Assembly: GCA_036785375.1 (NCBI GenBank) | Contig: JAWMAR010000388.1 | Coordinates: 1,488,001-1,552,000, forward strand | DNA: 64,000 nucleotides | DNA from: Leucoraja ocellata | Taxonomy: Eukaryota | Direction of reading: 5' to 3' | Part shown: piece after piece, positions 48,301 through 61,274 of the stretch | Layout: each line of letters starts with the position of its first letter | How positions within the stretch are numbered: position 1 is the stretch's first letter | Position numbers and translations under genes: made by a program | The notes under the pieces: model-generated | The model's input: the letters and a program-made list of their open reading frames with translations, nothing else | Told to the model about the DNA's origin: nothing | Database searches by the model: none

Positions 48301-48779
48301 GTTACTTAATAACATTTGGCTTGGCTCTGTATATAAAAGATGCTTCAATCCCTTTTGTTATTACATATGGTCTTGGAAACAACACATCATTCCTCCACAG
48401 TGAACATATTATAATCAGTTTCCATTTAAATCAGAAAAGGCATTTCCCTCACATTTGATCCTCGCTTACCAACTTAAATCCATTTTAATTCACGTGAAGT
48501 CGCCACCATTCAATGATCATCAATGATAGGCTGTTTTATACAATGTTGCTAGATTCTGAAGAAAATTGATGTGCTGAGGGATCTTGGAGTCCAAGTTCAT
48601 AGCTCACTGCATTTGGCAGCACATGTAGATGGTAAAGTGGATGTATGGTATACTTGCGTTCATTGCTAGGGGTGTTGAACATAAGGGTCATAAACATGAT
48701 GCAGTTCTATATGAGTTTGATGAGGCAGCAATTGGAGTATCGAGTACAGATCCGATCGCCCCATTAAAGGGAAGAAATT

Positions 48780-51700
48780 AGATTCAGATTCAGATTCAGA
48801 TTCAGATTCAGATTCAATTTTAATTGTCATTGTCAGTGTACAGTACAGAGACAACGAAATGCATTTAGCATCTCCCTGGAAGAGCGACATAGCAAACGAT
48901 TTGAATAAATAATAATAAGTGTCCGGGGGGGGGGGGGGGGTTGGTGATTGGCAGTCACCGAGGTACGTTGTTGAGTAGAGTGACAGCCGCCGGAAAGAAG
49001 CTGTTCCTCGACCTGCTGGTTCGGCAACGGAGAGACCTATAGCGCCTCCCAGATGGTAGGAGGGTAAACAGTCCATGGTTGGGGTGAGAGCAGTCCTTGG
49101 CGATGCTGAGCACCCTCCGCAGACAGCGCTTGCTTTGGACAGACTCAATGGAGGGGAGCGTGGAACCGGTGATGCGTTGGGCAATTTTCACCACCCTCTG
49201 CAATGCCTTCCGGTCGGAGACAGAGCAGTTGCCATACCATACTGTGATGCAGTTGGTAAGGATGCTCTCGATGGTGCAGCGCTAGAAGTTCACCAGGATC
49301 TGAGGAGACAGATGGACCTTCTTCAGTCTCCTCAGGAAGAAGAGACGCTGGTGAGCCTCCTTGATCAGAGTAGAGGTATTGTGGGTCCAAGAGAGGTCAT
49401 CGGAGATGTTGACTCCCAGGAACCTGAAGCTAGAAACACGTTCCACCTCCGTCCCGTTAATGTGGATGGGGGTGTGCGTGCCGCCTCTGGACTTCCTGAA
49501 GTCTACAATGAGCTCCTTGGTCTTCTTGGAGTTAAGGGCCAGGTTGTTGTCAGCGCACGATGCTGCTAAGTGCCGGACCTCCTCCCTGTAGGCCAGCTCA
49601 TCGTTGTTGCTGATGAGGCCAATCACCGTTGTATCATCTGCATACTTGATGATGGTGTTAGTACCATGTACAGGTGTGCAGTCATAGGTGAAGAGGGAGT
49701 AGAGGAGGGGGCTCAGCACACAGCCCTGTGGAACGCCAGTGTTCAGGGTGAGGGTTGAAGAGGTGTGCTTGTCTAACCTCACAGGCTGGGGTCTGTTGGT
49801 TAGAAAGTCCAGTATCCAGTTGCAGAGGGAGGGGTCGATGCCCAGGTTACCAAGTTTGGTGATCAGTTTTGATGGTATAATGGTGTTGAATGCTGAGCTG
49901 TAATCGATGAACAGCATTCTTACGTAAGTGGCTCTGTTGTCGAGGTGGGAGAGGGCGGAGTGAAGTGCCGTTGAGATGGCATCCTCCGTACTCCTGTTCT
50001 TGCGGTAGGCAAACTGATAGGGATCCAGTGTGGGGGGTAGGCAGCTTTTGAGGTGTGCCAGGACCAGCCTCTCGAAGCACTTGGTGATGATGGGGGTAAG
50101 TGCAACTGGGCGGAAGTCGTTGAGGCTTGCCGCAGTGGAGTGTTTTGGCACTGGCACAGTGGTTTGCAGTGGTTTTAAGGCAAGTGGGGACAACTGCTTG
50201 GGCAAGCGACAGGTTGAAGATGTCAGTCCAGACGTCTGTCAGCTGCGCAGCACAGGCCCTGAGCACGTGCCCGGGGATGCCGTCAGGGCCAGCAGCTTTA
50301 CGTGCATTAGTCCTACTCAGTGCCATGTATACGTCGTAGGGGGTGAGTGTGAGCGGTTGGTGATCGGCAGGTAGCACAGCCTTGATGGCTGTCTCTAGAT
50401 TGTCCCTGTCGAAGCGGCCATAGAAGTGATTAAGCTCCTCAAGGAAGGAGGCGTCGCTGGATGTGGGGGTGATGTTGGAGGGTCTGTAGTCCGTGATGGC
50501 CTGGATGCCTTGCCACTTGCGTCGGGGGTCGGAGTTGTTGTAGAAGTGCTCCTCAATCCTGAGCTTATGGCAGTGCTTGGCCTTCCTGATGCCCTTCTTC
50601 AGGTTAGCCCTGGATGAACTGTAGGCTCGAGCATCGCCTGACCTGAAAGCGGTGTCCCGTGCTTTCAGCAGTAGCCTGACCTCGCTGTTCATCCATGGCT
50701 ACTGATTCGGGTATATGGTCACCTGTTTGAGGGAGGTGACACTATTGATGGTGGAGTTTATAAAGTCCAGAACAGAGGAATCAATGTCCGTGTGGGAGTC
50801 AAGGGTGGCCTGGGCTGCAAACGCCTTCCAGTCAGTGTTTCCAAAACACTGCTGAAGTGTGAAGTCCGCTTCCTCTGACCAGACTTTAACTGTCCTCACA
50901 GTTGGTTTAACCCGTCTGATGAGTGGGGAGTACTTAGGGAGCAGGAACAATGAGACGTGATCAGACTGACCAAGGTGGGGGAGGGGGATGGCTTTGTAAG
51001 CTTCAGCCATGTTGGTGTAGACTTTGTCCAGTGTCTTGTCTACTCTAGTGGGGAAGGATACATGTTGGTGGAATTTGGGGAGTACAGTCTTCAGGTTAGA
51101 GTGATTGAAGTCACCCGCAACAATGAAGGCTGCCTCGGGGTTGTGAGTCTGTTGATTGCTAATGGCAGTATGCAGCTCTTTCATTGCAAGCTTGGCATTA
51201 GCGTCAGGAGGGATATAGGCTGCAGTCACAACAGTGGAGGTGAACTCTCTGGGCAGATAGAACGGTCTGCATCTAACCAAGAGGAACTCAAGGTTAGCTG
51301 AGCAGTGACTCTCGATGATGGTGGAGTCCGTGCACCATGCTTTGTTTACATAAATGCACAGACCCCCACCTCTGGTCTTACCAGAGTCTGATGTCCTGTC
51401 CGCTCAGAGTAAATGACGCCCCGATAGCTGGATGGCGCTGTCAGGAACGTCAGTGTTGAGCCAAGTTTCCGTGAAAATCAGGATGTTGCAGTCCTTGATC
51501 CGGTTGTGGGAGGTGATCCTTAGCCGGAGTTCATTCATTTTGTTTGCCAGTGAGTGCACGTTGGCGAGGAAAAGGCTAGGAATCGCTGCCCTGTGTGGGG
51601 CTAGCTCTAACCTGGCCTTTAACCCACCTCTGCGTCCTCGGCGGTGTTTTTGTACGCGTCGCCGTCTGTTGGTGCTTCTGGTGGGCCGAGCTGGCTTGCC
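48780..51700 (-). mobile_element. Near full-length Rex1/Babar-like LINE (APE endonuclease + RT), disrupted, nested in an old plus-strand CR1 (~48560-48775 and ~51700-52140)
   Basis: [31 protein letters not shown] and YADD motifs; (GAATCT)n tail at 48780-48816. Confidence 0.92.
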
Positions 51701-52279
51701 TTTTGGAGAGGGTACAAAACAGGTTAACCAGAATGCTGCCTGGATCAGCCACAGGGAGAGAGTGGATATCCATGGATTGTTTTCTCTGGAATGTCGGAGG
51801 TTCGTGGGAGACTTGATAGAAGTATATACAATGATGAGAGTCATTGATAGGGTAGACAGTCAGTGTCATTTTCCAGGATGGAAATGTCCAACACCAGAAG
51901 ACGTAGCTATAAGGTGTGAGGGGGAACGTTTAATGCAGATGGGAAAGGCAAGTATTTTACACGGAGTGTGGTACGGAGCAGGAACGCATGATGGTGGTGT
52001 GGGTGGATATGATAGCGGTGTTTAAGAGGCTCATTGTAGGTACATTGAAGTGTAGAGAGTACAGGTTAACCAGAATGGATATGGATATGGATCAGGACAG
52101 GCAGATCAGTTTAATTGGGCTTAATGTTCGCCACAAACATTGCCTTCCTAAGGTCCCGTTACAGCCAATATTCAATAAATCTCTGCACCTGTGCATATAT
52201 ATTTAGTCTGTTTTCTGTATTCACCACAATCAGAGGCAACATGCATTTTACCCGTTGTTGTTTATTTAATCTCACAATA

Positions 52280-52960
52280 TCATAATCAGAATTATACTTT
52301 ATTAGCCAAGTATGTTTTACAACATACGAGGAATTTGATTTGCCATCCAGTCAAACCAATAAAAAGCAACAGAACACACAAAATACATTTTAACATGAAC
52401 ATCCACCAGTGACTCCTCCCCATTCCTCACTGTGATGGAAGGCGAAAAAAAGTTCAACCTCTTCCCTTCTTTGTTCTCCGGCGGTCGGGGGCCTCGAACT
52501 TCCGTTGATCTTGACTCCCGTAGCCGGCGGCGGTCCCTACGCGTCAGGGCGATCAAGCTCCTGCATCGGGGGGATCTCAGCTCCCCGCGCCGGGCGATCT
52601 GACCCCCGGGTCGAGGCTGGTCAAACCTTCTGTGTTGTTGGAGCTTCCCGACGTCGGTCTCTCCCGAGATTACGAGGTCTTTGATGTTAAAGTCCGCAGG
52701 CCGCGGTTGGAGCGTCGATCCCAGGCAAGGAATCAGCTTCGATGTAAGTCCACGTCCCGCGGTGGGGTTCAAAGTCAGTCCTGAGCAAGGCCGCCAGCTC
52801 CATGATGTTAGGCCGCAGAGTGACTAGAGATATGACCCGGAAAACAATCGCATCTCCGGCAAGGAACAAAACTTTCCCCCGATCCCCTCCCTCACCCCCC
52901 ACATAAAACAAACCAGAGAACATTAGCACAAATTTCAAAACACACAAAAAATAATAAATA
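52280..52960 (-). mobile_element. GC-rich non-autonomous retroposon of the same family as 1063-1940, with a different 3' tail
   Basis: Minus-strand core GCCTTCCATCACAGTGAGGA..TCACTG..GTGGATGTT matches 1767-1817; T-rich/G-rich 5' tract. Confidence 0.65.
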
Positions 52961-53099
52961 CGACGGTATATTGTCCAACTTCTTGTATTACCTAAGCTTG
53001 TCTTTGCCCCGCATAAACCATGTTAGACCCAGCCTCCATATTCATTAAACTCACTGGACATGAAAAGAAAATAATGATCATGGGGAACAAGGACCGCTC

Positions 53100-53700
53100 T
53101 TTTCACAATGAGCCCTTGGACCACCGCGCCCACGCCGACCAGTGGTGCCCATACACTAGCACTATCCAACACACTAGGGACAATCTACATTTGTTTCCAA
53201 AGGCAATTAACCAACAAACCTATACGTCTTTGGAGTGTGGGAGGAAACCGGAGCACCCGGTGAAAACGCACGAGGTCACATGGAGAAGGGACATACACCG
53301 TATAGACAGCCTCCAGTCAGGATCGAAACGTTGTTTCTGGTGCTGTTAAGGGCCTGTCCCACGAGCATGCGACTGCATGCGGCAAGCGCGACCTAACATG
53401 GTCGCTTGAGCCGTATGGCCACGCGGGGTCGGTCCCACTTTGATCACTGGAGCCGTATGGAGTTGTGAGTCCCGACATCGCGCGGGGCTCCGGAAAACTG
53501 ACACTGTCCAAAAATTCCGTGCACCGCCTCGACGGACGTGCGCAGCGTCTCGACGCGGTACGCAGCGTTTTGATGGCGTACGGGATCACTCGACCTCCGC
53601 GTGGCCCCCGCTTCCGAATTGGTCACGCTTGCCGCATGCTGTCGCATACTCGTGGGACAGGCCCTTAAGGCAGCATCTCTACCACTGTGCCAGCCTGTCA
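53100..53700 (-). mobile_element. V-SINE/HE1-like SINE interrupted by a MITE
   Basis: Core GGGAGGAAACCGGAGCACCCGG on + at ~53238-53260; tRNA-like head at 53669-53692. Confidence 0.7.
53350..53664. mobile_element. MITE with ~44-bp TIRs flanked by TTAA
   Basis: GGGCCTGTCCCACGAG..GACC vs its reverse complement (3 mismatches); TTAA at 53346-53349 and 53665-53668. Confidence 0.92.
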
Positions 53701-54729
53701 CCCCATATGCCACTGTGCCGCCCCTATATCTACTATAATAGGCAACGTCATTGTTTATGGGCTGTATTTATTTATATGATATTTTGAATCACTAAACTAA
53801 AAAAATAAATTAACTATAGTACCATGTTCTGAAGCACAATTCTATGTCACGTTAGGCCTTACGTTTCCATACTTTATATTGAAACACGTATCCATCTGTC
53901 GAGCCCAACGTCTGTATTTGCTTAAATCACAATCTGCCTCAGCCTTCTGTACTCACTCCACAATAGTCTTGCAAAGACACTATATAGCCCATAGAAATGT
54001 ACTGTAGTTACATGCCTTTCAATTCACAATCTCTCTACAAAATATAATGCCAAGATAAACCAATCTCACCTACGTGCAAATGATTCACATCCCGCCACTC
54101 TCTGCATATCCATATGCCTGTCTAAATACTTCTGGTGCATTACACAATGTGTTTCAAGCACCTATCCACTTCATATGCTGCACTATGTCAACAATAATTA
54201 CACCCCAAATTGCTGCTGACTCTAAAGCACGAGGGCGCATCTATATTTATTTCAGACTTCACTAAAAACTGAATTAATCCTACAGAGACTGTAGCAGTCC
54301 AGAATAAAGTTATCCGTGTTGGCAAGTTGGGTTAAGGTCACATATTTTCTCAGTTCCACTACCGGATCTGGGCTGCGCCACTTTTTGTGCAACAAATATA
54401 CAAAAAATACAAGTATTTGAAAATTCTGAATAAACATTATCAACTGATCTCATCACTTTGGTGTTCAAGAAGAGACTGCAGATGCTGGAGAATTGAAGGT
54501 AGACAAAAGTGCTGGAGAAACTCAGCGGGTGAGGTAGCATCTATGGAGCGAAGGAAATAGGCAACGTTTCAGGCGGAAACCCTTCTTTAGACTGGTTAAT
54601 CACTTTGGTTCTCTGTTAAAAGAAAGATGGAAACCTGCAATGATGGAAATACTGCATCTTGCATCTATTTTAACATCACCGTAAATTATCTAAGCTTATA
54701 GATGCAGAAAATCTCAAAGCACTTGACTT

Positions 54730-55390
54730 TGTGGCCATGTTAGCAGATGATATGAACATAGGTAGAGGGACAGGTAGTGTAGAGGAAGCAGGGAGCCTGC
54801 AGATGAACTGGACAGGTTGGTAGAATTGGCCAACAAGGATATGGAAAATGTTGAGCCGAGTTTGGGCCCATACAGTATCTGAGGAGGGATAAGCTGGACT
54901 TGGAGAGGGATCCGATGAGGCTTAGAATAATGATCCCGGGGACGATTGGGGTAACGTTTGATGAGCGTTTGACGGCGGTAGACCGATGCACGCTGGACTT
55001 TAAAAGGATGTGGTGAGACCTTATTGCGACTGATTGAGATTGAAAGGCCCGAGGAGGGTTGATGTGGAGAGGATGTTTCCACTCATTGGAAAGTCTAGGA
55101 CAAGAGAGCACAGCCTCAGTGTAAAAGTACATAGACTTAGAAAGGAAATGATGAATTTATTTAATCAGCGGTGAATCTGTGGAATTCATTGCCACGGGCA
55201 GCCGTGAAGGCCAAGTTATATGGTTCTGTTTTAAAGTGGAGATTGGCAGATTTGTGTTTAGTTAGGGAGTCAAGGGCTTTGGCGGAAAGGCAGCAGAATG
55301 GGTACGAGAGAGAAAGATAAGTCAGTGGCGATTGAATGGCAGAGTAGACTCGACAGGCCGAATGATACAATTATGCTGCTATGATTCATG
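54730..55390 (+). mobile_element. Highly decayed CR1 3' region
   Basis: Remnants such as GTGAATCTGTGGAATTC and the RGDL-coding region. Confidence 0.6.
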
Positions 55391-55549
55391 AATATCTGAA
55401 CTTATGAAAGTACGCTGAATCACCAGAGAAAATGTAGTAAAATAATGCGCTAGACATCGACAAGTCACCTGGACCCAATGACTTGAATGTGAGAGTTAGA
55501 AATAAGTAGATGTAGACAAAGAGAGAGTATGGATTATAATATATTAGAA

Positions 55550-58500
55550 AATAACAATATAACAATTACAGCACGGAAACAGGCCATCTCGGCCCTACAA
55601 GTCCGTGCCGAACAACTTTTTTCCCTTAGTCCCACCTGCCTGCACTCATACCATAACCCTCCATTCCCTTCTCATCCATACGCCTATCCAATTTATTTTT
55701 AAATGATACCAACGAACCTGCCTCCACCACTTCCACTGGAAGCTCATTCCACACAGCTACCACTCTCTGAGTAAAGAAGTTCCCCCTCATGTTACCCCTA
55801 AACTTCTGTCCCTTAATTCTGAAGTCATGTCCTCTTGTTTGAATCTTCCCTATTCTCAAAGGGAAAAGCTTGTCCAGATCAACTCTGTCTATCCCTCTCA
55901 TCATTTTAAAGACCTCTATCAGGTCCCCCCTTAACCTTCTGCGCTCCAGAGAATAGAGACCTAACTTATTCAACCTATTTCTGTAACTGAGTTGCTGAAA
56001 CCCAGGCAACATTCTAGTAAATCTCCTCTGTACTCTCTCTATTTTGTTGACATCCTTCCTATAATTAGGCGACTAAAATTGTACACCATACTCCAGAATT
56101 GGCCTCACAAATGCCTTGTACAATTTTAACATTACATCCCAACTTCTATACTCAATGCTCTGATTTATAAATACTAGCATACCAAAAGCTTTCTTTACCA
56201 CCTTATCTATATGAGATTCCACCTTCAAGGAACTATGCACGGTTATACCCAGATCCCTCTGTTCAACTGTATTCTTCAATTCCCTACCATTTACCATGCA
56301 CGTCCTATTTTGATTTGTCCTGCCAAGGTGTAGCACCTCACATTTATCAGCATTATACTCCATCTGCCATCTTTCAGCCCATTTTTCCAAATGGCCTAAA
56401 TCACTCTGTAGACTTTGGAAATCCTCTTCATTATCCACAACACCCCCTATCTTGGTATCATCTGCATACTTACTAATCCAATTTACCACACCTTCATCCA
56501 GATCATTGATGTACATGACAAACAACAAAGGACCCAACACAGATCCCTGAGGCACCCCACCAGTCACTTGCCTCCAACCCGATAAACAGCCATCCACCAT
56601 TACCCTCTGGCTTCTCCCATTCAGCCACTGTTGAATCCATCTTGCTATTCCTGCATTTATACCCAACAGTTGAACCTTCTTAACCAACCTTCCATGAGGA
56701 ACCTTGTCAAAAGCCTTACTAAAGTCCATATAGACATCATCCACTGCTTTACCCTCGTCAATTTCCCTAGTAACCTCTTCAAAAAATTCAAGAAGATTAG
56801 TCAAACATGACCTTCCAGGCACAAATCCATGTTGACTGTTCCTAATCAGACCCTGTTTATCCAGATGCTTATATATATTATCTCTAAGTATCTTTTCCAT
56901 TAATTTGCCCACCACTGATGTCAAACTAACATGTCTATAATTGCTAGGTTTACTCTTAGAACCCTTTTTAAACAATGGAACAACATGCGCAGTACGCCAA
57001 TCCTCGGGGACTATTCCCGTTTCTAATGACATTTGAAATATTTCTGTCATAGCCCCGGCTATTTCTACACTAACTTCCCTCAATGTCCTAGGGAATATCC
57101 TGTCAGGACCTGGAGACTTATCCCCAGTAGCCTTTGCAAATTTCCCCGCCAGGATATTGGTCCCCCTCGGGTTCAAGTGCAACCCATCCTTTCTGTACAG
57201 GTCCCACCTTCCCCAAAAGAAGTCCCAATGATCCAGAAACTTGAATCCCTGCCCTCTGCACCAGTCTTTCAGCCACGCATTTATCCTCCACCTCGCTCCA
57301 TTCCTACTCTCACTGTCGCATGGTACAGGCAGTAATCCTGAGATTGTTACCTTTTTGGTCCTTTTCCTTAACTCTCCTCACAAATCCCTAAATCCTCCCT
57401 TCAGGACCTCTTCCCTTTTTTTACCTATGTCATTGGTACCTATATGTACCACGACCTCAGGCTCCTCTCTCTCTGATTTCAGGATATCTTGGATGCGTTG
57501 AGACACGTCCGAGACCTTGGCACCAGGGAGGCAGACCACCATCCTGGTCTCCCGACTGCGTCCACAGAATCGCCTATCCGACCCCCTAACAATAGAGTCC
57601 CCAATTACTATTGCCCTCTTTTTTTCCCTACCTTTCAGAGCAACAGGGCTGGTCTCTGTGCTGGAGGCCCGTCCGCTGTCGCTACCCCCGGGTAGGCTGT
57701 CACCCCCATCCGTACTCAAACAGGAGTACTTATTTGCGAGGTGTACCGACATTGGAGTACTCACTCGTTCCTGCCTCTGCCCCTTGCACTTCCTTAGTGT
57801 GACCCACATGTCTCTCTCCCGTGGTTTTGGAGTGACCACCTCCCTATAACTCCCCTCTATGACCTCCTCACTCTCCCTGATCAGACAGAGGTCATCGAGC
57901 TGCTGCTCCAGGATCCTAATACGGTCCCTTAGGAGCCCCATCTCTCTGCACCTGGTGCAGATGTGGACATCTGGAGGGCCATCCGACACCATGACCTCCC
58001 ACATCTGACATCCAGAACAGTACACTGATCTGGCTGTCATTCTCCCGCCTTACCCTGGATCCGATACCAGTATAATACAATAGAAACTGCTGGGAGGAAT
58101 CAGCAGGTATCTGACTCACAACAGCTGCTCCCTCTTGACCTTTAAACTGCACCTTTATTATATAAACAAAAAGCACTGTACCTTTAGCCCACTGTACCCT
58201 TGGCTCACTGTACCTTTACTAAAGCACTGTACCTTTAACCCACTGCACCCTTGGCTCACTGTACCTTTACTAAAGCACTGTACCCTTCGCTCACTGTACC
58301 CTTGGCTCACTGTACCTTTACTAAAGCACTGTACCTTTAGCCCACTGTACCCTTGGCTCACTGTACCTTTACTAAAGCACTGTACCTTTAACCAGAAAGC
58401 ACAAATGCTAACCTGAGGTTGCACCCAATTAGCTGCTTCCCCTAGTCTGCTTCCACCAATCAGTGGCTTCCACCAGAACCCTCCCTATGGAGTGTGGAAC

Positions 58501-58645
58501 GTTACGGATTTTGGTAAAAGCCCTGACCCTCCTCCACACTCTCCAACGGTCCCGGGCCTCTGTGAAATAAAGCCCCGCGCCCGATTTAAGTACTCACCGC
58601 CCTGACCCTCCTCCACACTCTCCAACGGTCCCGGGCCTCCGGGAT
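55550..58645 (-). mobile_element. CR1 LINE with 5'UTR and ORF1 (zinc finger, coiled coil, SGNH esterase), with the ORF2 endonuclease deleted
   Basis: ORF 57378..58040 (CxxC..CxxC, IGDS, HIGTND); ORF 56073..57182 fuses the ORF1 end HLNPRG..KATG to ORF2 DKSPGPD; premature stop at 56073. Confidence 0.9.
58169..58391. repeat. 51-bp (3 x 17) tandem repeat in the CR1 5'UTR; also a 41-bp direct repeat at 58520-58560/58599-58639
   Basis: Unit AAAGCACTGTACCTTTAGCCCACTGTACCCTTGGCTCACTGTACCTTTACT, about 4.3 copies. Confidence 0.93.
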
Positions 58646-59918
58646 TGTAAATGTAAATAACATTTACAAATGATGTAACATGGCGGAAAAACTCTAATTG
58701 AGTTAAAATTGCAAAAGTGACTACGATTAAGAAGGAGGAGAGCCAGAAATGAGCACGAAAAATGTCAAATAGTCAAACATCTATCAGAGGGGAGATATTG
58801 AATGCCATGATTAAGCAGATAATATCCGGATGCTTAGGGTTCATAAGCGCTTCTAACAGATTGTTTATCATTTTTTGAAAAAGCAACGGTATTTGACAAA
58901 GTTGTTGTGAGTCTTTGAAGATGGAATGTGTGTCCTGGTTTGTTTTTGGATGAGGTACTTGCATAGATCAGTGATGATATGTCAATTGTTTACAATGCAT
59001 ATTAATAACTTCAATAAATGGTTGCCGTGTTTAGGCCTTTTGACAGCACACACAGTGTTCCGGTGAGAAGTGTCAGGCTAACACAAAGAACCTGCAGTGT
59101 GATGTGTACAATGGGTACCAAATTGGACGATGCTTTATGAAACATTGAAGACATCATATTGGAAATGAAGAAGGAAAGCAAGTACTGACAATATTATTTC
59201 AGTGAGGTATACCTTCAAAATTTTGTGGCGCAAACATTTCTGAGCAACCAGATTATGACACACAAAATATTAACCGGAGGTGCAGCAGCCGTCTTGGGAG
59301 GCTAATGGAATGAAGCTTGTATTGAAGTGGGATAAATAAGCAGTTTGTGGTTCCTGCTGAGATTATTTCCTCCATTAACTGGTGAATAGAGGTGGGGACT
59401 GGATAAAGCCTGGGAAGTGATAAGTGGAGGAAATGTGTAGGGAGGATCTGCAATTACTGGTTTACAAAGAGGATAGACACAAATGGCGGAGTAACTCGGG
59501 GGCTCAGGTCGCATCTCCGGCGAAAACGAATCTGTGACTTTCGGCTCCAGACCCTTCTTCTTCAGACTGAGAGTCAGAGGAGAGGGGCAATAGTAGATAT
59601 ACTAATATTGGATAACATTCTTACTTTTTTGGCTTAAACATCAAGGGAGGGGGGGAAACTAGAGGCATGTAGGGGTACAAATAACAAGTTAATGAAAGTT
59701 ACGAAAAGAACAAATCAAAGCCAGCCCAACGATCAAGGAATGGTGGAGCCCACAATGGCCTCTTGTTGGCTGTGGAAAAGGTGATAACAAGTGCATACAA
59801 GCCATAAAACTAAGCAGGATGACAGTGAAACTAGTAGGATGACTGGGTGGGTGAGGAAGGGGACTGATGGATTGCAACGGTTAGAGGAAATAAGGAAGAT
59901 CAATATTCCTACCGCTAT

Positions 59919-59950
59919 GGTTCGGGATAGGGTTAGGGTTAGGGTTAGGG
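59919..59950 (+). repeat. Short interstitial telomere-like repeat
   Basis: TTCGGG ATAGGG (TTAGGG)3. Confidence 0.7.
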
Positions 59951-60584
59951 AGAGTGCAGGTGAGGATATCGATTGGCACATGGCTGGAGGAAGGATACGG
60001 ACGATGGGACGTTTTATAGGTTTCTAATGAGATCATGTCTGGAGACATCTCTAATACCGAAATACAATGCTTGGGACTATTGTAAGGATGGTAGTGCAAG
60101 GTTCACTAAGCTGATTCTTGCATGACAAAATGATGTGGCAGATAAACAGAAAGAGGCCAATAAACAGAAAGAGGCCACTGCATAACATTTCAAAGACTTA
60201 GAGATGACCTTACTATTGTTAATATTCTGACTTGGGTTGATGGGCTAGCTGTTGAGATTATTTTTTCTACAGTGGTGTTCAGGACTAAGGAGCATGGATT
60301 CAGAATAAGGGGTAGCCAATGCAATTGGTGACTAAAAGTAATTTGTGACAAGGAGTCGTGGCACTTTGGAATTCTCTATTCCCGAAAACAATGGATATGA
60401 ATATATTGACAATATTTCAATTGGATGCTGGTGGAGTTTAAAAAAAATCAAATAAGGCAAGGAGTACGTGTAATGAGCGGAAAGGTGATGGGGATTCTTA
60501 GACGGCATCCGCCGTGATATTATGGAAGAGCGAAGCGACCACGAATGATGGGTCAGCATCTTTCTGCAGTGTTTCTCGATTGAC

Positions 60585-61092
60585 AATAGACAATAGACAT
60601 TAGGTGCAGGAGTAGACCATTCGGCCCTTTAAGCCAGCACCGCCATTCACTGTGATTATGGCTGATCATCCACAATTAGTGCCCCGTTCATGCCTTCTCC
60701 CCATATCCCCATGACTCCGCTATCTTTAAGAGCTCTATTTAACTCTTTCTGGAAAGCATCCAGAGAATTGGCCTCCACTGACTTTTGAGGCAGAGAATTC
60801 CACAGATTCACAACTCTCTGGGTGGGTAAGCTTTTTCTCATCTCCGTTCTAAATGGCCTACCCCTTATTCTTAAACTGTGGCCCCTGGTTCTGGACTCCC
60901 CCAACATCGGGAACATGTTTCCTGCCTCTAGCGTGTCCAATCTCTTAATAATCTTATATGTCTCAATAAGATCCCCTCTTATCCTTCTAAATTCCAGAGT
61001 ATACAAGCCCAGTCACTCCATTCGTTCAACAGTCCCGCCATCCCGGGAATTAACCTCGTGAACCTACGCTGCACTCCCTCAATAGCAAGAAT
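60585..61092 (-). mobile_element. CR1 3' end
   Basis: ORF 60656..61006 ([22 protein letters not shown]); (CAATAGA)n tail. Confidence 0.88.
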
Positions 61093-61274
61093 CTCCTCTT
61101 TTCAAGCAATACACAAACTGATGTAGCATTTCAGCGAGCCAATGAACGTCTATGGAGGGGCTGGACAGATGACGTGTCCTAACGGGATGCTTTCTTCTGA
61201 GTAATTGCCGTCGGGGTGGGGAGAAAACTGGAAAAGAGTGGGTGCGGCAGGAAAAAGTTTGGCAAACAATAGGT

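Noticed and set aside
58169-58391. Array of cryptic RSS heptamers (CACTGTA)
   Set aside because: No matching nonamers; explained as a CR1 5'UTR tandem repeat.
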